Source of the DNA: Macrostomum lignano
Taxonomy: Eukaryota
Direction of reading: 5' to 3'
Length of the DNA stretch: 64,000 nt
NCBI GenBank assembly: GCA_002269645.1
Contig: NIVC01000224.1
Span: 248,001-312,000 of the forward strand
Shown: one piece after another, positions 26,901 through 39,000 of the stretch
How the letters are laid out: each line of letters begins with the position of its first letter
How positions within the stretch are numbered: the stretch's first letter is position 1
The notes under the pieces: model-generated
The model's database searches: none
What the model was told of the DNA's origin: nothing
Seen by the model: only the letters and a program-made list of their open reading frames with translations
Translations under genes and position numbers: made by a program

Positions 26901-29900
26901 CCGTGGAGGATTAGGGGGTAGATGGGTCCTACACTGAAAGAGGATTAGGGGTCGGATGAGTAACACACCCGTGGAGGATTAGGGCGGATGGGTAACACAC
27001 TCATGGAGGATTAGGGGGCGGATGAGTAACACACTGGAAGAGGATAAGGGGGCGGATGGGTCACACACCCGTGGAGGATTAGGGGGCAGATGGGTCCCAC
27101 ACTGAAAGAGGATTAGGGGTCGGATGAGTAACACACCCGTGGAGGATTAGGGAGCGGACGGGTCACTCACTCGAGAATTAGGGGCGGATGGGTAACATTC
27201 AAGGAGGATTAGGGGGCGGATGGGTCACACACTCAAGGAGGATTAAGGAGCGGATAGGTCACACACTCAAGGAGGATTAAGGGGCGGATGGGTCACACAC
27301 TCAAAGAGGATTAGAGGGCGGATGGGTCACACACTCAAGGAGGATTAAGAGGCGGATGGGTCACACACTCAAGGAGGATTAGGAGGCGGATGGACAAAGC
27401 AGGGTGGATTAACATCAGGGAAGGAGATAAACACAAAAACCATTCAAAACTGACCTTCTTAACAACATCCGGATTTCGTCGAATATACTCGGTGTCCTCG
27501 TCAAGCACAAAGGCTAGGCGCATTTTCGGGGCCCGATGAGGCTCTTGATGATGCTGATGCTGATGATGCTGCTGCCCAGAATCCCCTGTAGGCCTGACTA
27601 TCCTAGAAATTCTCGACAATATTTGCGAGATCTCTTCGCTAGGCATTTTCACCAGGGAAGCGACTTCTTTACGAGTGACTGTGCGGCCCTGGACAAACCG
27701 GCAGAGAATGTAGTCCCGACCGCGGCACAGCACCTCGGAGGGGACGCCGCTGTACATGCTGAGAGTGCCAGGCGGGTACAGGATCTCCGATTTCACCACC
27801 CATTGGCCGTGAACTAAGCAGGCGAGCTCATTTAGGTGACCGTGAATCTGCATTGAGAGTTAAGGGGAATTGAGATCATGGGGATTCTGATTGATTTGAG
27901 TATGGGATTTTGATTGATTTAATGTGGGATTTTGAATGATTTGATGTGGGATTTTAATTGATTTGAGATGGGATTTTGATTGATTTGATGTGGGATTTTG
28001 ATTGATTTGATGTGGGATTTTGATTGATTTGATTTGGGATTTTGATTGATTTGATGTGGGATTTTGATTGATTTGATATGGGATTTTGATTGATTTGATA
28101 TGGAATTTGATTGATTTGATGTGGGATTTTGATTGATTTGATATGGGATTTTGAATGATTTGATATGGGATTTTGAATGATTTGATATGTGATTTGATTG
28201 ATTTGATATGGGATTTTGATTGATTTGATATGGGATTTGATTGATTTGATATGGGATTTTAAATTATTTGATATGGGATTTTGATTGATTTGATGTGGGA
28301 TTTTGATTGATTTGAGTATGAGATTTTGATTGATTTGATGTGGGATTTTGATTGATTTGAGATGGGATTTTGATTGATTTGATGTGGGAATTTGATTGAT
28401 TTGATATGGGATTTTGATTGATTTGATATGGGATTTTGAATGATTTGATATGGGATTTTGATTGATTTGAGTATGGGATTTTGATTGATTTGATGTGGGA
28501 TTTTGATGATTTGATATGGGATTTTAATGATTTGATATGGGATTTTGATTGATTTGATATGGGATTTTGATTGATTTGAGATGGGATTTTGATTGATTTG
28601 ATGTGGGATTTTGATTGATTTGAGATGGGATTTTGACCTTAGATTTCAGATGGGATTTTTAATAATTTGTAATGGGACTTCGATTGACTTATTTTTGGCG
28701 GATATAAAAGTCAGCTGCTACACAAACCTGCGTCAGCGACTCGGTCAGTTGCGCGTGCGACATGCCGCACTGCTTGAGCAAATCGACCAGTTGAGTCCAT
28801 CGCAGCACGCATGCGCTTTTAAACAGGGCTCTCAGCCGTTCGTCGCAAGGCATCGCCTTCAGACGGGCCAGCGAGACTGACGGGCGTCCACAGTCGGCAA
28901 CTGAGGCGGCGCATTCGTCGACGGACGAAACGGAGGACACCGGAGGGCACAGGCGGCTCAGGTACAGCTCGCTGCTGTTGCCACTGCTGCCCATTGCTGA
29001 AAATTTGGTTGTAAAAAGATTTTTAGCATAATCTATGGCACACAAATTTACGGGTTTTGAATAGGCCTTATAAAGCAGTTAACTCGATGTACACCAGTGA
29101 ACGCAAGACAGACGAAAATCAGCCTATGGGCAGGCCCAGTCTGGCTCAGCAAATGAGAGAGCAGTAAAGAGAGAAGTGAAAGTCAGAGGGACGAAACTAA
29201 GCCTAGGGGGCAGGCCCAGTCTAGCTCAGCCAATAAGAGAGCAGTAAAGAGAGAAGTGAAAGTCAGAGGGACGAAACTCAGCCTAGGGCAGGCCCAGTCT
29301 AGCTCAGCCAATGAGAGAGCAGTAAAGAGAGAAGTGAAAGTCAGAGGGACGAAACTCAGCCTAGGACAGGCCCAGTCTAGCTCAGCCAATGAGAGAGCAG
29401 TAAAGAGAGAAGTGAAAGTCAGAGGGACGAAACTAAGCCTAGGGGGCAGGCCCAGTCTAGCTCAGCCAATAAGAGAGCAGTAAAGAGAGAAGTGAAAGTC
29501 AAAGGGAGGAAACTCAGCCTAGGGGCAGGCCCAGTCTAGCTCAGACAATGAGAGAACAATAAGGAGAGAGACCAATTTTAGACGGGACAGAACATACGAC
29601 GGATCCAGCCAGTGTAAATTGTGGCAGACCAAAGGTAAGACACAAAAGTCTGCAACTTTGATGCAAAAGCAACAGTGGATTAAATAAATCAAGACTCTGA
29701 TTTCGTCAAACTCTTAGTCATCAAGTAAGAGTCTAAGCACATGAAAAAAATGAAAAACTTACCACCAGCCTCCCTAGCTTCTCCACCAGTTTTAGGCACT
29801 GGTTCTCTCGTATCCATAGCAACCGGCTCGTTCTCGCTGTTGCTATTAACAACGCCTAAAAGAAATTCGTCATTACTACGAAGAGGCTGATCCTCGTCAA

Positions 29901-30360
29901 CTGACAGCCACTGGCATCCAGTCCAGGGTTCCTGTTCGAGCAGCCGCTGGCAGACTCGGTAGCTCTGCTCCCTACGCTGACGAGCTTCCGGAGTCTCCTG
30001 TCGAGCGAAGCGCAGAGTGACGGCTCTGGCAGCGTCTGCATCGTCGCCAGCTGCACCAGCATTCGACTGCTGCTCGGTCGAAGATTTTGCTGCCGCCGAG
30101 TCCAGATGCTCCAACACAGGCTGCATTACTAGTCTAGCGGTAGACGAGATCGGGCAAAGAGTCAATCTGTTGTCATGGAAACGGGCCACAACGAAACGAT
30201 TTTGCTGTTGCTGTTGCTGACCAGCTTTGGGCATTGAGCGGAGCAGCTGACGGTCAAACTGACCGCGTGGAAACTGCTCTGGGGCCAGCTGGCCCAGTTC
30301 TTGGCCTCGGTGGCGCTCGTAGTTGGGCGACTTCGTGTCCACTGCGAGTGACAGCTCGGC
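23926..30360 (-). CDS. POLR3E: RNA polymerase III subunit RPC5 (POLR3E), 5'-partial; exons 29763-30360, 28728-28996, 27455-27847, 25079-25567, 23926-24372
   Basis: Motifs match remembered POLR3E sequence: DTKSPNYERHRG, VTLRFARQETPEARQRREQSY, GQWVVKSEILYP...GVPSEVLCRGRDY, RRNPDVV, and C-terminal RHRQELL...KDYCVFRGKAYYAKG. All junctions are GT-AG with consistent phases (1,0,0,0), giving 731 aa. Confidence 0.9.
24425..25040. repeat. Compound intronic minisatellite: 26-bp unit (24425-24685) then 21-bp unit (24686-25040)
   Basis: tgcatctccaatggtttctcacaccc then cccagcagtctcaccctccaa; fills POLR3E intron 24373-25078. Confidence 0.93.
25672..27390. repeat. 33-34-bp intronic minisatellite with a higher-order period of about 331 bp
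   Basis: Unit ggaggattagggggcggatgggtaacacactcaa. The variant gattagggagcggacggg recurs at 25981, 26312, 26644 and 27145. Confidence 0.95.
27878..28660. repeat. 22-bp intronic minisatellite (tgatttgatatgggattttgat)
   Basis: Fills POLR3E intron 27848-28727. Confidence 0.93.
29122..29560. repeat. About 78-80-bp intronic tandem repeat, about 5.5 copies
   Basis: Unit gagagcagtaaagagagaagtgaaagtcagagggacgaaact...gcccagtctagctcagccaat. Confidence 0.93.
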
Positions 30361-30364
30361 CTTT

Positions 30365-30465
30365 TGGTTGATTGATTAATTGGCTGGTTGAGTGTTGACT
30401 GACTGACTGACTGACTGACTGACTGACTGACTGACTGAATAATTAATTAATTGATTAAATCAAAG
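30365..30465. repeat. (ATTG)/(GACT) microsatellite
   Basis: Directly visible next to the POLR3E acceptor. Confidence 0.85.
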
Positions 30466-31420
30466 ATGAATTGACTTTTAACAATTAAAATAGGGGGCTA
30501 ATTTTTTCAACAAAATCATACATTAGATTTTGCATTTTAAAATTACATTGCCTGCAATGCCTCTATAGCCAAATGGCAGATTTTTTCAATATTTTCTTTT
30601 GCTTTAAATTAAAGTCAAGAGATTTAAAAGGCAAAGCAATAATACAATAGCTCACTAATGTAGGCTTAGCCTTACATATAAATAGAAATAAAACCTTTCT
30701 ATTAAGAAAAATATATGCATTTAAGATAAGCAGCTACAATTTGAATGTCTTGATTGCCATGCTTTTTTTATTGCCTATACTTTAAGCACCCAAGATTGCT
30801 TTCTGGTGCCCTAGTTTATGATGCCGAAATAATAAAGTCATCTTAAAGCAATATAATAAATGTTTTACAAAAGTTTTAATAATTTTAAAAAATCTATTTA
30901 TTTTAATTGCATTTGCTGAACATCCATATTGTATATAATACTGCACTTAAAATGTGTGCTAAAAAGACTTAGCTAAGACTTAGGCACCAAAAAGTGTGGA
31001 TAACAATGTTTTCATAAATATTTATAAAGAATATATATTGTTATTGTTAGCAATAAAAATACAATTAGATTAATAGACAAAAACTTACACATTGTGCCTT
31101 TGGTTTATATTTGCAATCAATTATAGATGATGGCTTCAATGGATTATCCTTTGGCCTGTTTGGAAACTGAAAATCAGTATAAAGGAATGCATTTTTGAAG
31201 GTAGGAAAGTTTAATTTATATTAAATTAAAAAAGCCTAAAGAAAGTTAAAATTTTATCTTACCTCAAATAAAAGTAAATCATGTATAGCTTGCTTTGACA
31301 AGTAGACAGGAATCTGAAATTAAAATAGACAAATATATATATATATATATATTCAGTTTCCATAATGGCATATCAAAAAATGCTTAGGGAGACATACATA
31401 GCATGTTAATAAAAATATAG

Positions 31421-32526
31421 GGACTTCTTCAAGTTTATGTTGATAAAATACTTCCGATTTTTCAATTTTTCTAAAACTTGCATTGGAGACTTATGGGGCA
31501 CCCAAAATTATAAAAATGCAAAAAAAGTGTAGAAAATTACCTGTACAGTTGATGCAATCACGATTTACTCGATTCCCTATTCTCTTAATGATGTTTGGTG
31601 AGAAAAAGTTTCCACAAATACATTTTTGAAAGTGTATCCACTAGACTTTTAATCTAATAGCACATATGCTAGAACTTCATTAGGCCAATTAAAGATGAGT
31701 AATAATATCTACAAATTAATATGCAATTGTCTTTTACGTTGGCTGATAATAGTTTTTCAATTTAGTTATAATGCATAGACAGTGTGATGTCACTGTTTGC
31801 TTTTTTTAAAAACTGTCATGACCGGCTCAATCTTTGCACTATGGTCTTTTCACTGCACCCAGCCAAAGCAATATTCGCAACTTTAAAGCATTTCACTCCT
31901 CAAAACCAATTACTGTACAAGGCTAGATTACTAATTCTATTGTATTAAGGAAGTAACAGCACCTGATTTTGGTAAGCAAATTCATTTAGATAAAGTTATA
32001 GAATTCAACCAACTTCTGACATAATTATGTTGACTCTTTGGTGGATTCTCTCTTTTCTCGTGTCGTGGAGTTACAACCTCTCCCCCCTATTAGAATTGGA
32101 ATTTGTCAGCACAATCTTGAATAGGTCTCCATGCCTCTATTCAAGTTTATGTTGATAAAATCAATCCCCATGAAGAATCTCCCCACCCTAAAACCCCCTA
32201 TTCCCCATGCCCTGGTAGTTGGTTTTAAGCTATAACCCCCCCCTCCCTATTAGAATTGGAATTTATCAACACAATCTTGAATAGGTCTTCATGCCTCTAT
32301 TCAAGTTTATGTTGATAAAATCAATCCCCATGAAGAATCTCCCCACCCTAAAACCCCCCATTCCCCATGCCCCGGTGGTTGGTTTTAAGCTACATATAAT
32401 TGGGTTAAAGCTACCTAAAAATGGAGCTCAAATTTGAAATCAGCACCATCAAAAACCCCTATAGAGACAAAATTATGATCCTATCAAAATTGAAACTATT
32501 TTATCAACATAAACTTGAAGAAGTCC
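31421..32526. mobile_element. Non-autonomous DNA transposon, 1106 bp, with perfect 30-bp TIRs and an 8-bp TSD
   Basis: TIR ggacttcttcaagtttatgttgataaaata (31421-31450) and its reverse complement (32497-32526); TSD aaatatag at 31413-31420 and 32527-32534. No transposase ORF seen. Contains a 160-bp internal tandem duplication. Confidence 0.88.
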
Positions 32527-34184
32527 AAATATAGGAGTTTGAACTAGGCAACTTTGTTTCAAACTGCCCAAGTGATAATATATTTATACAACCTTTTGAA
32601 CTAGGACTATCTGGCTTACAAGCCAACTTGCTATGGCTATTATGAAATAGTTTCTTGCATTATTTAATTGGTTTACAAAGTGATAGATAGTTTAGTTTTA
32701 AAATGTATTTACCTCCTTCACTACCGACATCGAACCTCAATGAAAAGCTTAAGAAAAGCATAAACTGAAAATTAGGCTAGCAATGTCCTGAGGCAATGAA
32801 GAACAAATAACAGGAACGATAGAGTCATCAAATAATTAAAAATCAGGTGAACTTAAGTGTTATAAAGTAACTTTGTGCACGACCTACCAAAAGTTTCCTT
32901 GAAAATTTCGTTAGTTAGAAATTTTCAGATTTGCGTTAGTAAAACAAATATTTGTTTCTTAAACAATACAAAAATAAGATAAAAATTGTTTTTTATAGTA
33001 GTAACAATAAAACTAGTTTAATTGTATTTTTAGTTTTAAATAATCACAAACAATATTACAAAAACGTTTAACTTTCAATCAAACATCGAACCTGCTTGCT
33101 TTGAACATATATAATTTTTTTCGGTCCGCTTTAATTAAGTTTGTCTTCTTTCAAGAAAGAATTTGCTAAATTATTCTCATTCTCTTTTCTTCATAGAAAT
33201 GGAGGCTATTATTCTGTTTCTGATTAAAATACAGGTTGCTGGTCGTGTGGATGCGAAAAGAGAACCACGATTTTAGACACAATATTCTCTATTTCTTTAT
33301 TCTACTGGTTGAGATATCAGAGTGATGCATTCTTTTCAATTGCTCCATTCCACTCTATACTGATCCTTTTTGGTGACCTAGTAAGGGATCTAACATCCAA
33401 AGATCACACAGCTTCTTGAGCTTCCACTTTTGGACTACTGTTACAACAATTCTTAGTTGCATAAAAATGATTAGGTGTACTCGATCTTCGAATGTCAAAC
33501 TTATTTGTATATGGGACTTATTTTAACCGCATTTTTTATTTGAGCAATAATAAGAAAGCTGTTAATGAAACGCATGCATACGCACATGAATTGCTAAAAA
33601 GCAGCAGGCCAGCCAATCTTATTCATAAGGCAACAAAAAAACTGCGGACGGAGTAAAAAATTAATAACACATTTTTGCAATTTTGGATTTTGGAATTTAA
33701 AAAGAAAAAAGTGCAATCTTTACATCAGAAGACAGCTCACGAGTCTATAGGATTGCGTGCAACTAGTACAAAAAAACAAAAAGGCAAATGCCTCAAGCAT
33801 CACCGATATGGAGAATGCAAACATTCTTAAATTACTAGACGTCTTGGATCGATCCAAGTACATAAATTCAAATAAGCTTCAAGCGCGCTACGTTACTTTT
33901 GTAATTTGATTTAAAACAATATGTGAACCGGTCAAAGCTGCAAGCATTATAACAATTTCAAGAATGGCCGTTTAAACTTACACGTACATTTGTCACCAAG
34001 GTAAATTTGTAACAAACATATTTCAACTAAATAATGATTCTGCAACGAATGTAAACAATTACCGTACTTCCTGATTCTAGTTCGTTATCTAGAATTTAAA
34101 TTACGACTTGATTCTAAGATATCGATGACGGGGAATTTTTGCTTTATAAAGTCTAAAGATTCAATTAGTCATTAAAATTAAAAA

Positions 34185-35977
34185 TCAAGCGCCACTTTGA
34201 CTGTCAAACACTCGCTTATGAGCGGTCACTTTAGGCAGAATCTGATCAATACGATCAACGCCGAGCACCGTCATGAGGCTCTTAACGAGCTCTTCAAACA
34301 CCGGAAAAAATTGGTCGTATTCTTCTAGTCGATCGAACGCTAGTTGGACATCCTCGTGACTGAAAATCTCTTGGATTTTATCGTTGACAGCCAACCTTTC
34401 GAGTTGCATCAGCCGGTCAACAGCGCTGACCACAGCTTCCATGGGAGTTTGTTCAACAAATCCCAGGGACTCTTTAATACTGTTCATAGCGTTGCGACAG
34501 ACGCCCAACTCTGTGTAGATTGAATTCATTTTCGTGCAAACTCCCGACAACTGAGCAACGTCGAATAGCCTACGGAAATGATCCACCATGCCGAGGAGCA
34601 TCGAATGAGGCGGCTGCTGCTGGGAACCGGAAGCTCCAGCTGAATCACTGCTAGCGACACCATTCAAGTCTGTTGGAGCTAGCTCATAATTCTCGTCCGA
34701 TGCCATTCGATCAATTGCGGCGATCAAGCTGACCGTGTCTGGGGCGGCCTGGAGCAGAGGTAGTTATATAGGGGGTTTAGAAGCGAATATTCAGGTGGGT
34801 TTAGGGGCGGATATCCATGTGGGTTTAGGGGCGGATATCCATGTAGGTTTAGGGGCGGATATCCATGTAGGTTTAGGGGCGGATATCCATGTAGGTTTAG
34901 GGGCGGATATCCATGTAGGTTTAGGGGCGGATATCCATGGGGTTTAGGGGCCGATATCGAGATGGGTTTAGAAGCGGATATAGCGAGGTTTAGGGGCGGA
35001 TATCCAGTTGGCTTTAAGGGTGGATATCCAGGTGGGTTTAGGTGCGGATATCCAGGTGGGTTTAGGGTCAGGGGTTTTAGGGGTGGATACGAGTATTTAG
35101 GTGGGTTTAGGTGTGGATATCCAGGGGGTTTAAGGGCGGATATCGATAAGTCAGATGTCTTTATAGAATCTTTATAGTATTAAAACATGCAAAAATATTT
35201 ACAGTACAGTGTACTGTACAGCAGGTTCAATAAAAAACCCACCTGTAGTTTTTCCACAGCCGACCAAGGATACAGTTGCATAAACAGGCGCTCCAAGGAC
35301 TGCTGCAACTCTGGCAGCCGGATCAGCTGATCTCTCCACTGCTCCAGCACCGGAACCAGAAGGTTAACGCGATCTTTACTCTTCTGCGACTGATTGACAG
35401 ATTGTTGCTGTTGATGTTGCTGAAGAAGATGCTGGGACGCTTCATCATCGAGTACAATGGCCTGTATCTTGGCCACTATAGGATGCGCGATGCCGTATGC
35501 ATCCGATATGCTCACCAAATCTGTCAGAGCCTCGCGCAGCTGTTTCAGATCTTCGATGCCCAGCAGTCTGGCTGAGTCCTTGAGGTGTTTCTGGCACACC
35601 GACAATGGCAGCAGGTCGATGTCTTCCACTCGGGTGCTGAAATCTCGACCAGCTGCCGCCGTTGATGCCTCCTTGCCGATGTCGATGTTGTGCCGGCGAA
35701 GAAGTCGCTCGCATCGTTGCAGTTTCGACATCAGCAGTACGTGGTCACTGTTGGTTGGCCGGGACTCCAGCTCGGTGCACAGCAGGTCGCGCTCGCTCTC
35801 CATGGACTGCAGCTGGTCCGTGAGGCTGGCGATCTGCCGGTTCAGCTGCTCGATGGTGACGCGGTAGCCTCGGCCCGGGACTGCCTGCAGGAGGTCCTCG
35901 GAGCCTCCGTCTGCTGCTGCTGCTGCTGCTGAGGTTGGCGCGGCCGCCGATTCTGAGCCGGCTTCTTCAGGGATGCC

Positions 35978-36011
<34 letters not shown>

Positions 36012-39000
36012 AGCTTGATTGATTGATTGGGTGGTTGATTAATTTATTAATTGATTGATGGCTTGATTGGTTGATTGATTGATTGGTTGATTGATTGATT
36101 GATTGACTGATTGATTGATTGATTGATTGATTGACTGATTGATTGATTAATTGATTGACTATCACATTAACGCATTCTAAACAGACCAGCTGTCATATCA
36201 CTAAAAGCAGCTCACCGCAGGCCTGCAGTTCCAGCCGCATCCGATGCAGCTGAGTCTCGTAGCTGTCAATAATATCCAGCATCCGGTTGTCTATCGGGGA
36301 GTTTTTTGTCGGCTTGCGCTGCTTTAAACTGCGAAAAATTTCCAACTGCCGTTTGTGCCGTTCGGCTTCAGTCCGCTCGGAGTCCTGTAGCTTCCGGCGT
36401 AGGCGGCTGATCTCCGCCGCCTGTGACTCCACCCGCGACTCCAGAGCTTTGGCACGGCTATTGGCTACCGACTTGGAGTTGAGCAGTTCTGCTTCGCGAT
36501 TCGATGATGAAGCATTCGAAACTGAGGCGGGTAGCAACAGCGAGTCCGGCACTGAGTCAAGGAAGTTCGAGGAGCGAGCCGAGTCCAACGAGGACTGAAG
36601 ATTAGAGGAAAAATATTTTTGAATGATTTTTTATGCCCTTACAATCTCAATTACCGTCTAGCCCAGAAATCCAACCCTATTTCCACCCGGGAAGCTTCCA
36701 TCAATCTATTGAAATCCGCCCCTATTTCCACCCAGGAAGCTTCCATCAACCCATGGAAATCCGCCCCTATTTCCACTCAGGAAGCTTCCATCAACCCATG
36801 GAAATCCGCCCCTATTTCCACCCAGGAAGCTTCCATCAATCTATGGAAATCCGCCCCTATTTCCACCCAGGAAGCTTCCATCAATCTATGGAAATCCGCC
36901 CCTATTTCCACCCAGGAAGCTTCCATCAACCCATGGAAATCCACCCCTATTTCCACCCAGGAAGCTTCCATCAACCCATGGAAATCCGCCCCTATTTCCA
37001 CCCAGGAAGCTTCCATCAACCCATGGAAATCCGCCCCTATTTCCACCCAGGAAGCTTCCATCAACCCATGGAAATCCGCCCCTATTTCCACCCAGGAAGC
37101 TTCCATCAACCCATGGAAATCCGCCCCTATTTCCACTCAGGAAGCTTCCATCAACCCATGGAAATCCGCCCCTATTTCCACCCAGGAAGCTTCCATCAAC
37201 ACATGGAAATCCGCCCCTATTTCCACCCAGGAAGCTTCCATCAACCCATGGAAATCCACCCCTATTTCCACTCAGGAAGCTTCCATCAACCCATGGAAAT
37301 CCGCCCCTATTTCCACTCAGGAAGCTTCCATCAACCCATGGAAATCCGCCCCTATTTCCACCCAGGAAGCTTCCATCAACCCATGGAAATCCGCCCCTAT
37401 TTCCACTCAGGAAGCTTCCATCAACCCATGGAAATCCGCCCCTATTTCCACCCAGGAAGCTTCCATCAACACATGGAAATCCGCCCCTATTTCCACCCAG
37501 GAAGCTTCCATCAATCTATGGAAACCCGCCCCTATTTCCACCCAGGAAGCTTCCATCAATCTATGGAAACCCGCCCCTATTTCCACCCAGGAAGCTTCCA
37601 TCAACCCATGGAAATCCGCCCCTATTTCCACTCAGGAAGCTTCTACCAATCTATGGAAATCCGCCCCTATTTCCACCCAGGAAGCTTCTATCAATCTATG
37701 GAAATCCGCCCCTATTTCCACCCAGGAAGCTTCCATCAATCCATGGAAATCCGCTCCTATTTCCACTTGGGAAGCTTTCATCAATCTATTGAAATCCGCC
37801 CCTATTTCCATCCAGGAAGCTTCTATCAATCCATGGAAATCCGCCCCTATTTCCACTCAGGAAGCTTCCATCAACCCATGGAAATCCGCCCCTATTTCCA
37901 CCCAGGAAGCTTCCATCAACCCATGGAAATCCGCCCCTATTTCCACTCAGGAAGCTTCCATCAACCCATGGAAATCCGCCCCTATTTCCACCCAGGAAGC
38001 TTCTATTAATCTATGGAAATCCGCCCTTATTTCCACCCAGGAAGCTTCCATCAATCCATGGAAATCCGCTCCTATTTCCACTCAGGAAGCTTCCATCAAT
38101 CCATGGAAATCCGCCCCTATTTCCACTTGGGAAGCTTTCATCAATCCATGGAAAAATGCCCCTAGTTCCACTCAGGAAGCTTCCATCAACCCATGGAAAT
38201 CCGCCCCTATTTCCACCCAGGAAGCTTCCATCAACCCATGGAAATCCGCCCCTATTTCCACCCAGGAAGCTTCTATCAATCTATGGAAACCCGCCCCTAT
38301 TTCCACTCAGGAAGCTTCCATCAACCCATGGAAATCCGCCCCTATTTCCACCCAGGAAGCTTCCATCAACCCATGGAAATCCGCCCCTATTTCCACCCAG
38401 GAAGCTTCCATCAACCCATGGAAATCCGCCCCTATTTCCACTCAGGAAGCTTCCATCAACCCATGGAAATCCGCCCCTATTTCCACCCAGGAAGCTTCCA
38501 TCAACACATGGAAATCCGCCCCTATTTCCACCCAGGAAGCTTCCATCAACCCATGGAAATCCACCCCTATTTCCACTCAGGAAGCTTCCATCAACCCATG
38601 GAAATCCGCCCCTATTTCCACTCAGGAAGCTTCCATCAACCCATGGAAATCCGCCCCTATTTCCACCCAGGAAGCTTCCATCAACCCATGGAAATCCGCC
38701 CCTATTTCCACTCAGGAAGCTTCCATCAACCCATGGAAATCCGCCCCTATTTCCACCCAGGAAGCTTCCATCAACACATGGAAATCCGCCCCTATTTCCA
38801 CCCAGGAAGCTTCTATCAATCTATGGAAACCCGCCCCTATTTCCACCCAGGAAGCTTCCATCAATCTATGGAAACCCGCCCCTATTTCCACCCAGGAAGC
38901 TTCCATCAATCCATGGAAATCCGCCCCTATTTCCACTCAGGAAGCTTCCATCAACCCATGGAAATCCGCCCCTATTTCCACTCAGGAAGCTTCTACCAAT

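Noticed and set aside
25672-27390. Interstitial telomeric repeat
   Set aside because: TTAGGG occurs only once per 34-bp unit, not as tandem hexamers.
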